A DNA stretch of 64,000 nt from Octopus sinensis (lineage: Eukaryota). The notes under the pieces are model-generated. The model made no database searches, was not told the origin of the DNA, and saw nothing but the letters and a program-made list of their open reading frames with translations. Numbering within the stretch: position 1 is the stretch's first letter; each line of letters begins with the position of its first letter. The stretch is from NCBI RefSeq assembly GCF_006345805.1, contig NC_043010.1, forward strand, positions 60,450,001 to 60,514,000, in the 5' to 3' direction. The position numbers and the translations under genes are program-made. Below are positions 51,781-64,000 of the stretch, in pieces.

Positions 51781-52911
51781 GGGACTGGGACAGTGGAGGA
51801 TAGAGAGATCAAGCCATCACTTCCACCATTAACATTAGCAACATTGGTGGTAGTAGTAGTAGTAGTGGTGGTGGTGGTAGTAGTAGTAGTTTGTCCCCTT
51901 ATTTTTAAAACACACACATAATATATACACCTTTATTTGTAAAATAACCATATGAATCTGTCCACAACCAGAGAATTTACCTTCAATTAATTCCATACTG
52001 TCTTCTAAATATTCTTTTAAACATTTTCGTAAATAGTATTGGTGTAATATACTTTAAATAAGAGAAGTGTGTTTCATTACATGTTGTAAAACATTTATTG
52101 ATCTGCCAATAATATAGAGTTGAGTTTTATGAATTCGTTTCAGTGTGTTTGGATTATAACACTTCTTTAATAAAGATAATCTCTCTTAAAAAGATTTACA
52201 TGATTAGATATTTACAATAATAATAAGAATATGAAGCATCTTATTTTACCACATTTAACTATTAAAGAAACATTGTGTGGAGATTTACATCCAAGATGGT
52301 GGAAGATGATAGAAATTAACCCGGAAATAACAATTTGAAATAGAATTAAGATGAATGTTTAATGTCAAATTTTCTGTGCTATATTTTTATCTCATAAGAA
52401 TTTTGGCAGACTTTCTGCTGTATATTGGTTTGCAAGAACCTTCTCTTTTCCTATTAATTGTTGAATCTTTCAGTATTTATTTTTTATTGGAACTATTATT
52501 TGTTTTCTACTAATCTGTTGTAAAATAAAAGTTTCTTGTAGTTCAGTTCACATCTTTCATTTGAAACTGTCTCCTTTAATTTGGAAGCATTCTAATATTT
52601 ATTTTAACTCTAAAAGTCTTAATTTCATTTAAAGAAAGCAATTAAAGATTTGATTCATATTATGGTCAGAATGTAGGCCAAGATAATCCAAAGACCTCAT
52701 TTGCAGCAACGAAACAATGCTTACATTAATGTAATATATTTCACTTGTGAAAATGTATTCCATCAATGGCCTTCATGTCCTTCCTTACAAACAGAAACAC
52801 AAACTAAAATTTCAAAACGAAATACGAGGAAAATTGTAAAATTATTGATAGATTAATCTGTGAGAAAGATTTGTGAATTGTTCATTGATTATTACTGCAT
52901 TCCTTTTCCTC

Positions 52912-53293
52912 TTTATTTGTTTCAGTCATTTGACTGCGACCATGCTGGAGCACTGTATTAAGTCAAACAAATCGACCCAGGACTTATTCTTTGTAAGCCT
53001 GGTACTTATTCTATCGTCCCTTTTGCCGAACTGCTAAGTTATGGAGACATCAACACTCCAGCATTGGTTGTCAGGCAATGGTGGGGGGACAAGCACAGTC
53101 ACACAAACACACACACACACACACATCTATATACGACAGGCTTCTTTCAGTTTCTGTCTATCAAATCTACTCATAAGGCTTTGGTTGTCCCAAGGCTATA
53201 GTAGAAAACACTTGCCCAAGGTGCCACACAGTGGGACTGAACCCAGAACCATATGGTTGGTAAGCAAGCTACTTACCACACAACCACTCCTGC
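52912..53293 (-). mobile_element. SINE family A, full length
   Basis: Reverse complement of the 7005-7406 element. Confidence 0.85.
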
Positions 53294-56200
53294 AGTTCAA
53301 TTGTAATGCATTTTTGGTAGATTGCTGTATGTATCTGACATTTCATTAGCTAGTCTCTCATATCATTAATTATATATCTTCTAGTCTCTACTAGAAATCC
53401 ACCTCTGCAATACCTATTTATTTTGAATACATGTCTACATGTCCATAACTTCACTATTTATGCACATGCATTGCTATTTAAAACTCTTGAATTTAAAGTC
53501 TCTAATAAACATCATACTTCACCAGAAACTCACATTAGCATCAACATTAATGTTACATGTTTAATGTTCCATTATATTATATTAAAAGTTTTCATTTTAT
53601 GTATGTAGTAATCACTAATTGTTCAGTGCCAACATACTGATGCAAATATGTCAGTAAGAATGCTAGAAAGTCTATGTTATTGCAATTATTTGGCTGTTCA
53701 GAAATTAGATTTCATTTTCCTTTATTATTTATTCAATCCTTTTCTCTTTTTTTTATTGTCTCTGATATTTGTCTGTCTTCTGAGTTCAAATTCTGCTGAG
53801 GTCAACTTTGCCTCTCATCCTTTTGGGGTCAATAAATTAAGTACCAGTTGTGTACTGGGGATGATCTAATTAACTGGCCCCCTTCCCCAAGATTTCGGGC
53901 CTTGTGCTTAGAGTAAAAAAGAATATTGTCTCTGATATTAGAGTGTTGCTATTTTGTATTCTTATGTTAATTTCAGCCATCATTTCTATCAAACCTTTAT
54001 CTCACTGGACATAGAGTCACAACATAAACACCACTAGATTTTAGACCAGGGTAAACATATTGGTAGACATAAACAAACACATACCCATATAAACACACAC
54101 ACACATACTTATATCATCTTCATTTTTGTCAGCCTCCCATTGCTAGCATGGTTTGGATGGCTTGTCACAGACTTAGTCAAATCCTGTTTCAGATCAGAGA
54201 CCATTCCTCTTGTCTCACTCATGCATTCCATTTCTGGCATGTTTTATAAGATTGAATGTCCTTTCTATTTTGCCAACCAATATTCTGGGTGCATTTTATC
54301 ATGGCATCAGTGCTAGTGACATTGTCTTGTCACCAAGGATACCTCCAGTATTCCCAAGGTGTGTGCAGCATTGTCCTTTAAGGATGTGGACCAATGATTG
54401 TGCTTTTCTCTTGTGTAGAATATGTGCTGCGTGAATTGTATTATTTTGTTGAGTGGTGATTGTGTTTTTTGTTGTGTAGTGTGTGTATGTGTGTCTGTGT
54501 GCTAGTTGTTTGTATGGCAGTAATAAGTTTCAGTTGTATAGAGTGAGTTGTTGGTGTTATACAATTGTATGTACCAGGTATGGTATGAGGAGAGAGAGTT
54601 ATAATCCAAAGTGTGTCCTCTTGAAACACATTTGCTTATTTCAGTATTTCAAAGTTATATCTGGATGCTATATTTGTGTGAGATATGCATAAGAGTTGAA
54701 AATACTGGGAAATATTTTTCACTGAGTAATTACATATCAAAACAGAATATTGGAAACCAACATTTTTTTTCTTCTTAATCTCCTGTTTTGATATAGCATA
54801 TATAGTATGTACATAAAGTGTTCCTGGAAGCATGAAGATAGTTCCAATCTGTTGCTGTAAGAATGGGAACACGTGTCTTCAGTCCTGCAGAGTGCTTCAG
54901 CTTCAATGATTTTTCCACAAACCTGAGAGTAAACATCAAATATTTGTACAACATGTCAGCCAAGTAGTGCTCTGTTGACATGTACATATTCATTCTGGTA
55001 GAAACTAAATTTAAGGGAAGAATGAAATAGTTTTTCATTGTTTTATGAACTTTCCCTCATTGTTTTGTTTGGCAAAATATTTACTTTTGGTTATTTCAGA
55101 ATCTTTATCTTCAACTATCTATTTTTGAGTGCCATAGACCTTTATTGTAGTATTAGTTGTACAAGTTGCTCTATCAGTAATTCTATGTCAATAAGAGCCC
55201 ACAGTTTTCCAACATTGCATTGTTGATTTTCAGTTATTTAGGAGTATCTTTAATTTCATTGAGTAATGATGGTGTTTAGTATTACATTGTGTTATTTGGT
55301 GTTGATTCTATAGACTATGAATCTTGTGTTATTATATTTTGTACTTATTGTATTGTATATGTGCTGGTGTACTGTATAAGTTGTGCTATAGGATTCAAAG
55401 TATTTGTGTAGGATGTAGAAAGTGCTACACAAAGTTACCTTGTGAACTGTGTGTAATGTTGTAAGCCATGGTGTGACTTGTATATTTTTGTCCATTTTAA
55501 ACAAACCTAGTATTTTAATTATCATTGGTACTGTTTTTTATTTTCAGGCTGATATCTTTCTATTTTGACTATTTTCCCACTATGATTTAGACAATGTTTT
55601 TGTCAGAAGAGATTTCTCACTCTTATTAATACTTTTGTAATTTATGGTTTAAGAAACATCTAGTGTTTCTTCTTAAAATGCTGAGAGGTTAGAGAGGGTC
55701 TCTTTTCAGCATGTGCTTTTATGCTAGAGAGACCAGCATGGAGTAAGTACTAACTCTTTCTATTTAAGGTAATTCTCGGTCTATAATGTTAGGTAATTGG
55801 CCCTAGGTAGCTGTGCACCCCTTATTGATGTGTCTCATTTCATTCCTTTTGTGTACTGTTGTTTTCAATGCCATTTTTTTCTGCAATAGATTTTGTGATA
55901 TTCCTTATGGGGCCCCTTTATTCTGTTACTCCTTTGTAATTTTTCCTTTATCCATTGTCCAAGCATGCACTGAGGTTGTAATATCTCCTGCAATTCCTTA
56001 ATTAAAAGCAAAAAGGTGTAATACTTTTTGTCAGATACATTTTAGCCCAGCTCATCTCTTTGACCACTGAACCAAGCCTGTAGATGGAAGTTCTATATTG
56101 GCATTCTATAAAGGATTAGCAGAGGCCAAAAGGGACAATGTACTTGAGAAAATTCTGAGCATCAGTGAAAATCAATTGGCAGATCTCTTCTGGAGGACTT

Positions 56201-57699
56201 TCAGGACAAGTTCCATGAATAACTCTCAGAAATGCCTGGTCTGACAATGCCACCCGTAGGTGAGCACATTGCTGCTTTGAGATAATTTCCACAGACATGG
56301 AAGTGCCATCACATGTTAGTTCCATGATCAGGTGGTCTGACTGAAATGGCTGAAGACCAACACCTTCCCCTTTTTGCCAAGTCCTCATCAACATTTTCAA
56401 GTTTCACTTGAAAAAGAAAATGAGTGTTGAGAGAGAAGTGTTGCCCCTCCAGGAAATTTGTTGAAAGATGGATGTGAGTGATGAGTATGGTCTGAGGGAA
56501 CAGGTCTGCTTTGAGTATGCACCTGTGGACTAGAGGACAGCTGGGTAAAGGTGCTTTGCTTTTGTTTTCAGAGTGACCCATGCTGTTTGAAGTGTTTCTA
56601 AAAGCAGGTCTTTGAATTGTATATTTTTTGCTTATGTTGTTTACCTTATACAGTATCTATGTCACCTGACAATGTGTTGTCCTGTCCCTTCCTTAATCTT
56701 GTCTGTCAACTATTTGTAGGTAATAAAGAAAATCAATTATTACTGTAATTAATCGGGTGGTGAGCTGACAAAATCATTTGTGTGTCTCACAAAATGCTTA
56801 TTCGCATTTCTTCCGGGTTTTTATGTTCTTAATTAAAAACCCATTGAGGTTAAATCTGTTTTTTCTTCTTTCAGAGTCAATAAAATAAAAGTATCTGTCA
56901 TTTACTGGGGGTCAATATTCTTGACTAAACCCTAGCCTTAAAATTGCTGGCCTTGTGCCAAAATTTGAAACTATTATTATGACGATGATGATAATGAAGG
57001 CAGGCAAGTGTCAGATTTGTTAGCACACTGGACAAAGTACTTCATGGCATTTCTGGATTTGCATTCAGATTTCAGATTCCACTGAGGCTGACGATTGATT
57101 TTGTCTTTCACTCTTCCAGTGTTGATAAAATAGGTAGTCAAGCACTGAGATCGATGTAGTCGACTACCCCACCCCCTCCCACGAAATTTTTGCTTTCATG
57201 CCTTTAGTAGAAGGGAATATTCTTGTTGGTGTATGGCAAATATTCTGAATTCAACTCCTGCTCAGGCCAGATTGTTTTTCATCCCTGTGGGGTGGGGGTG
57301 GGGCCAGTAAAACAGCACCCGTCATCCACTAAGACTTGATATAATCCACCTATTTTTTTTTTCTCTCTAGTTTCAGCTCAGAGCTGTGGCCATGCTGATG
57401 CACTGCCGTTATATACTTTCTCTCCATAAATATTTTGCCTTGTGCCTATGATACAAACAGTTGTCATTATTAGTTAGTTCTAATAAGAAAAGACTCATTA
57501 TTTCTTTTTAATTCCCACTTCATCAGTATATCAGCCATTTTTGGCTATATGTATATCCCTTCTGTTGATTTTTTTATGTTAATTACAATCAGGTGTAAAA
57601 GAATGATATTCATTTCATCACCTTCACTGTTTGCCTTTTCTACATCCATGGAACTCTGTTTATGAATTAGTTAAACAATTTTGCATCTCATTAATGTAT

Positions 57700-60004
57700 T
57701 GTATCAGATTGCCAGAAGGAAAGCTAGGAGATAGGTTTACTTAGCCAGAGGGAAAACAGATAAAAAATTCTGCATCATGAAGACCAAAGACTTGAAGTGT
57801 TTAGTGTTGCAAGACTGTTTTGAGAGAGAATCATGATGTCATAGGAGAGACTTGGAGATGCCACTATGAAAGGTTGCTAAATGAAGAGAATGAATGGGAA
57901 AAAGAGTCTATCAATTGTCAACCAAACAGAGGGACCAGCTATCCAAATTGACAGTACCTTGGTAGATAAAGCAATTAAGGGTATGAAGATAGGGAATGCC
58001 CCCAGCCCATCAGGAATCACCACAGAGATGCTTAAAATATCTGGCAGTGTTGGCTATAGTCTAGTCAGTCGTATAGTTAGTCAGGTGATACATGAAGGAG
58101 TCATACACAATGGCTGGTGTAGCAGCACCATAGTCAACTGCTACAAAGGTAAATGCGATGCATTGGATACAAATAATTAGAGGTATCAAGTCGTTGGTTC
58201 AGGTAATGAAAGTTACAGAAAGGGACATAGGGTGAGAGTTAGTTTAGATGAAATGCAGTTTGGGTTTGTGCCAGGGAAAAGTACCACTTATGCTATATTT
58301 CTGGTAAGATAGCTGCAGGGGAAATACCTAGCCAAAGATAAACCTCTGTACTTGGCTTTTGTTGACATGGAGAAAGCCTTTGACAGTGTCCCCCGATCCC
58401 TTATCTGGTGGTCAGTGCAAAAACTAGAGATGGATGAGTGGTTAGTGAGAGCTGTACAAGCCATGTACAGGGGTGCTGACAATAAGGTGAGGGTTGGCAA
58501 CAAGTATATTGAAGAATTCCATGTAGGAGTAGGGGTCCACCAAAAATCAATCCTCAGCCCTCTCTTATTTATCATAGCCCTCCAGGCAATAACAGAGAAA
58601 TTCAATACAGGCTGCCTCTGGGAGTTTCTCTGTGTTGATGACCTTGCTCTAATAGCTGAGTCACTATCAGAACTAGAGAAGTTTCATGTGTGGAAGTAAG
58701 GTCTAGAATCGAAGGGCCTTAGAGTCAATCTAGCAAAAACCAAAGTCTTAATAAGTAGGAAGGCAGACAAATCACAAATCCCTCCAGGTAGATGGCCCTG
58801 CTTGATTTATAGAAAAGGCATAGGTAGAAACTCCATAAGATGTACCTGGTGTAAGCTATGGACACATAAGAGGGGCAGCAATATCAAAAGAAGGCTAACT
58901 GAGAAGATAGTTTTTGTGTGGCAAATGCTCAGGGGCAACAAACACTGAAGATGTTCAGAAAACAGCTTCTGTCACTTGCTAGGGGGAAAAACTAGAAGTA
59001 GTTGATAGCTTCCATTATCTAGGTGGTCAAGTCAGTTGCAGGGCTGGATGCTCTGAGAGTGTAGCTGCGACAATAAGAATAATCTGGGCAAAGTTCAGAG
59101 AACTCCTACCTCTGCTGGTAACAAAGGGCCTCTCTTGCTCAGAGTAAAGGGTAGACTCTATGGTGCATGTGTGTGAACAGCCATGCTACACAGCAGTCAA
59201 ACATGGGCTATGACTGCTGAGGACATGCATAAGCTTGCAAGAAATTAACTTAGTATGCTCTGCTGGATGTGTAACGTCAGTGTGTATACACGACAGAGTG
59301 TATCGCCCTGAGAGAAAAATTGGACATAAGAAACATCAAATGTGGTGTGCAAGAGAGACGAATGTGCTGGTATGGTCATGTGCTGCATATGGATGAAGAC
59401 AGCTGTGTGAAAAAGTGTCACATCCTAGCAGTAGAGAAAACCTGTGGAAGTGGTAAACCCAGGAAGACGTGGGATGAGGTGGTGAAGTACAACCTTTGAA
59501 CATTGGAACTCAAGGAGGCAATGATGAGTGACCGAGACCTTTGGAGATATGCTGTGCTTGAGAAGACCTGGCAAGCCAAGTGAGACCATAACGTTGCCTA
59601 TGCCAGTGCAGCACAATCGGCCCATTTAAGAATACCCTTCAATTACTGGGCAATAAATGGTGCTTTCGAAGACCTGTTGAGTCAAGTGAAGTCATTGTCG
59701 TGCCCGATGCCAGTACCACCTGAGTGGCACTCGTGCTGGTGGTACGTAAAGAGCACCATTCGAGCGTGTTCGATGCCAGTGCTGCCTAACTGGTTCTGTG
59801 CTGGTGGTACATAAAAAGCACCATTCAAGCATGGTCGTTGTCAGACTGGCCCTCGTGCCGGTAGCACATAAAAAGCACGCACTACACTCTTGGAGTAGTT
59901 AGCATTAGGAAGGGCATCCAGCTGTAGAAACTTTTGCCAGATCAAACTGTCCAACCCATGCCAGCATGGAAAGCGGACGTTAAACGACGTTGAGCAGGAT
60001 GATG
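57700..60004 (+). mobile_element. 5'-truncated RTE-like LINE in the 5' intron of Pcdh-D
   Basis: Same family as 8907-11359: AFVDMEKAFDSVP, GVHQKSILSPLLFII, LCVDDLAL; 3' UTR repeats and GGACGTTAAACGA end; multiple stops. Confidence 0.85.
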
Positions 60005-60289
60005 TATAAAATTTTTGAAAGAACGCTTCAGATGAGTATTGTTTACAACGTCTAGGGGAGATAACTCTAATGTAAATCCGGACTATTTCTTCACACTAAC
60101 AGGAACACATAAAAACTTACTTTTAATGACTTTCTTTCACAATTTTCAAATATATTTCTATTGTATAGTACTCCAAGGTTTATATTTGATGAACTTTCAT
60201 GTCAAATTTTTTCTTTAAGCTGGTATTAAATAATTTCTATTATATTTGTAGAAATATTCAATAATAATGAAGAATGAAGAGTTGCAATC

Positions 60290-62686
60290 ATGAATGAAAA
60301 CGTTTTTTACTTGGTGTGTTTGCTATATATAAAACAGTCTGTTGTAATGTCTGTAGACATCACCTACCACGTCAAGGAAGAAGACAGACCTCACACCTAT
60401 ATAGGAGACATTGCTGTTGACTCCAACTTATCACACCCTCTCAAACATGAGCAACGCGCTCTCATTACACTTACACAACTACAAAGGACAGTCGAGAGTG
60501 GTTCTCACTTATTTAATGTCACCAACTCAGGAAAACTATACACTACTCAAACACTGGATGCTGAGTCTCTGTGTACATACAACAAGGAATGTTCCAGAAT
60601 AGTTAAAGTAGCAGTGAGGAAAGGAAAAACTTTCATGAAGATTTTGAAGGTGAAAATAATAATAGAAGACATCAATGACTATTCTCCAGAATTTACGGAT
60701 GATGAAATAGGTATCAAGTTTGCAGAAGATAGTCTGAAAGGAAATCAGAAAAAAATTCCATATGCTATAGACAGAGATATTACCATCATGAATTCCCAAA
60801 TTTCATATAACATAAAATATCATAAAAGAGAACCATTTTCTTTGTATATGGCAAAAGATAATGATGGTGTTTTTACACCTGAACTGACTTTAGAAGACAA
60901 ATTAGACAGGGAAGTAAAAGATTTGTATATATTGACCTTAGAGGCTAAAGATGGTGGGAACCCTCCCAGAACAGGTACACTCAAGGTACGCATATCTGTG
61001 ACAGATGTTAATGATAACACACCTGTATTTTCACAGAAACTCTATAATATCTCTATAAATAATTCACATCAAAGACATTTACCAATTCTTACTTTAAAAG
61101 CCACAGATCAAGATTCTGGAGACAATGGAAAGATTTCTTACCATTTCAACCATAAAACATCTCAAAATATCCAGAAATATTTTGTATTGGATAAGAAAAC
61201 TGGAGATTTATTTTTACATGATAATTTTTACTTTAGTAAGATGCAGTCTTTATTTATAGAAGCAAGAGATGGTGGGAATCCACCTCTAACGTCGGTAGCC
61301 AGAATTCACATTTATGTAATTAATAACCAAAACAATGTTCCGTTGATAAATATAGATTTTGTGTCTCCTTTAACAGAGAGTTCCACTGCAGTTTCAGAAG
61401 ACAGTGAAGTAGATAGTTTTATAGCTTATGTTATGGTCACTGACAATGATAGTGGACCTAATGGTGAGGTTATCTGTGATTTAAAACATGATAAATTTAA
61501 ACTTGCCAAAATAGATTCTAAAGAATATAAGATAATTATTAAGGGCCATCTTGACAGAGAAATAAGGGACCACTATAAAGTATCTATTGTGTGTCATGAC
61601 ATGGGGTCACCTCAACTAGAAAGTAAAAAATATTTCTCTGTCAAAGTAACTGATGTCAATGATGTAGAACCACATTTTACCAAAGAGACATTCCAATTCC
61701 TCACCTATGAAAACCAGAAAGTTGACTTCCCTATTGGCTTCATCAATGCTACAGACCCTGATCTTGGAGATGGAGGCCAACTTACATATTCTATCATCAA
61801 TGATAACAACAATGATAACATTCCTTTCCAACTGACAAAATATGGATTTATTTCTACATCACAACCAATAGATCGAGAAATGAAAGACATCTATAAGTTC
61901 AAGGTTTTAGTGAAAGATAATGGAACACCTTCTCTCAATGACACTGCCAATATTGTTATTGAGATTCTAGATAAAAATGATAATGCTCCGTATTTTACGT
62001 TTCCTAATAATGACCCATACAATCTCGATGTCCACTACCATCCACACAGTAAGAAGGACATCACAATTCTGAGAGCATCTGACAAAGACACTGGAAACAA
62101 TGCTTTCCTCACATATGGAATACTGAGATCCAATGATAAAAACCTGTTTACAGTGAACTCACACACTGGTGTGTTATCTTTCTCTCGCACAGTTTACCAA
62201 AATGATGCAGGAACATATGAGCTGCAGTTTATAGTGAAAGACGGTGGTACTCCAGTTCAATCAGCAACAACTGCTATAATACTAACACTGTTTGTTAGTA
62301 ATGATACATCTCCAATGTTGACTGCTGTGCCATTCCAGTCTGGTCACGACCTGAATATGACTTGGGTAATTATCATTGTAGCAGCAGCTGTAATACTATC
62401 TGTGGCTATTGTAGTGTCCATAACACTGTGTGTTTTCAGATGTATTAATCACACAAATAACTCACCCACAACAGCAGAGAATCCCAACTTTCTCTCTCAG
62501 ACTGAGATGAGACAATTACTGTATCAGACCAACAATCCTGTTGCAATAACGAGAAATGCAGAAGAGATATTTAACCGAAATCTTCAGACAATAAAATCTA
62601 AAAGTCAGTTTTTTCTGGAGATGGAACAGACACCAGATGAATGGAAATTCTCAACAACACAAAGGAGACTTCCACCTGTGCCTCAG
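60290..62686 (+). CDS. Protocadherin D, large coding exon
   Basis: 809-aa ORF with the same architecture as C. Acceptor TTTGTAG|AAATAT at 60251/60252; phase-0 donor at 62686/62687. Confidence 0.95.
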
Positions 62687-63146
62687 GTAAATATTATTTT
62701 AAACAATTCTATTGTTTGATAGCATTTTTGTATAACATTCATGAAGACATATTTTAAATATCTAGTTTTATTTACATGTTATGTTCTTTATATTTTCTCA
62801 GTGCCCTTTTTGATAGTTTTACATTTTGCAGATGTCTTAAATTTAAAATTTCCAAATATTTTATTAAAGTAGTATCTTTGTTTTGTTTACTCCAAAATAT
62901 TTTAATTTGCTTAGTATGTAAATATAATAGATCTAAAATTTTCACATACTTCATTAAATGAGTTTTCCGTTTTGTTTATCACTTCTCCAAGTTCTTTCTA
63001 TTAACTTAGTAGATCTTTAAAATTACATTATTTCTGCACATTTTAACAGCATTCCTTCCTCGAGTCTTACTGGAAACATTCTAGAATATAAATGCGAATG
63101 TTTCTTTGATTTAACATTATGTTTCACTCTGTTTTCTAATCACCAG

Positions 63147-63291
63147 AGATGTGATTCAATCCATAGTCAAGGACGTCGTACCAGTTCCATCATGTCTTAC
63201 AACAGTGACACCTTAACATCCCAAAAGGACAGAGAAGCTAGCAAGAGTAATGGCAAGACTAAACCATATGATGAGATACCTGCAGAACCAG
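63147..63291 (+). CDS. Protocadherin D, cytoplasmic exon 2
   Basis: Appears identical to 49936-50080, including splice sites. Confidence 0.85.
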
Positions 63292-63455
63292 GTAACTTTT
63301 ATCAAAACATAACATATAAATGTAATTGCCTTTATTACTGTAGGACAATATATAATGTTATGCTTAGTGTAATATAAGATCTATGTTTCTATCTTTATAC
63401 ATTGGAGTTGTTATATTGAAATGTAATTTGTGTTTGTATATTTGATATTTTGCAG

Positions 63456-63535
63456 AATATACCAATGACAATCCAGTGGCAGCCACAATACTAAAGGGAC
63501 AACAAATACAAGATACCTATCTACAGCCAACATAG
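63456..63535 (+). CDS. Protocadherin D, terminal coding exon
   Basis: Matches 50245-50324 except one synonymous change (GTG/GTT). Predicted spliced protein is 873 aa. Confidence 0.85.
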
Positions 63536-64000
63536 TAGATGTTCCATGACTATTGTTAAATGATTCTCTCACACACCCAATATTTTACATTGATTTAAAG
63601 CATTAATATGATATTTACCACTCATAAAGCTTTCATTGTCATTGATATTGAGCCCTAATTAACACTAAATAGTACAAATATTGTCCTGTATAACCATCAT
63701 TGGCTTATTTAAAACAGTTGACACCACTCGTTTGTTATGGCTTCATATAACATTAAATGTTACTGCATTTTACTCTACAAAGTATGAAAAATAAAAAAGC
63801 CTGGTCAGGAATTGTCAGATGTTGTTACATAAACAAACAATTATTATAGTTCCACTTATATTAATTAAGCTTCTGATTGTTAATTTTCCCTTTTAGATTT
63901 ATAATTTTCATTTGTATAACAGAAAAACCTCCTGGAGCTAACCAGCAAAATACAATTACACATTATTTAATGTTCCTTTCATGATATAATTTGCCCATAC

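Noticed and set aside
54440-56750. Possible ancient non-LTR element on the minus strand (also ~25400-25860, ~45900-46300)
   Set aside because: Coding-like composition, but motifs are too decayed to assign by eye; needs a translated search against a repeat protein library.

Overview
AT-rich eukaryotic DNA, most likely from an octopus (inferred from the protocadherin type and SINE families, not proven). The window is part of a head-to-tail protocadherin (Pcdh) cluster on the + strand, with three apparently intact genes and one pseudogene: Pcdh-A (CDS 2808-14585), psi-Pcdh-B (~39950-42440), Pcdh-C (47157-50324) and Pcdh-D (60290-63535). Each intact gene has one large exon (signal peptide, EC1-EC6, TM, start of tail) and two small cytoplasmic exons that the ORF track misses. 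Each locus also has a candidate non-coding first exon just behind the preceding gene. Introns carry RTE-like LINEs, tRNA-derived SINEs, Chapaev3-like, mariner/maT and Helitron elements, and a 45-bp minisatellite. Main observations: (1) one ~470-nt EC5 block is nearly identical in all four loci, including the divergent gene and the pseudogene; (2) C and D differ in EC1-EC3 but are almost identical from EC4 to the 3' UTR; (3) all three proteins lack the Ca2+-binding motifs at EC3-EC4; (4) a shared motif marks all four candidate first exons; (5) several fold-back palindromes occur, one with ~1-kb arms split near its apex by a transposon; (6) a tRNA-headed element carries a decayed hammerhead-like motif. 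All alignments and counts were done by eye, and exons are predicted without transcript data.
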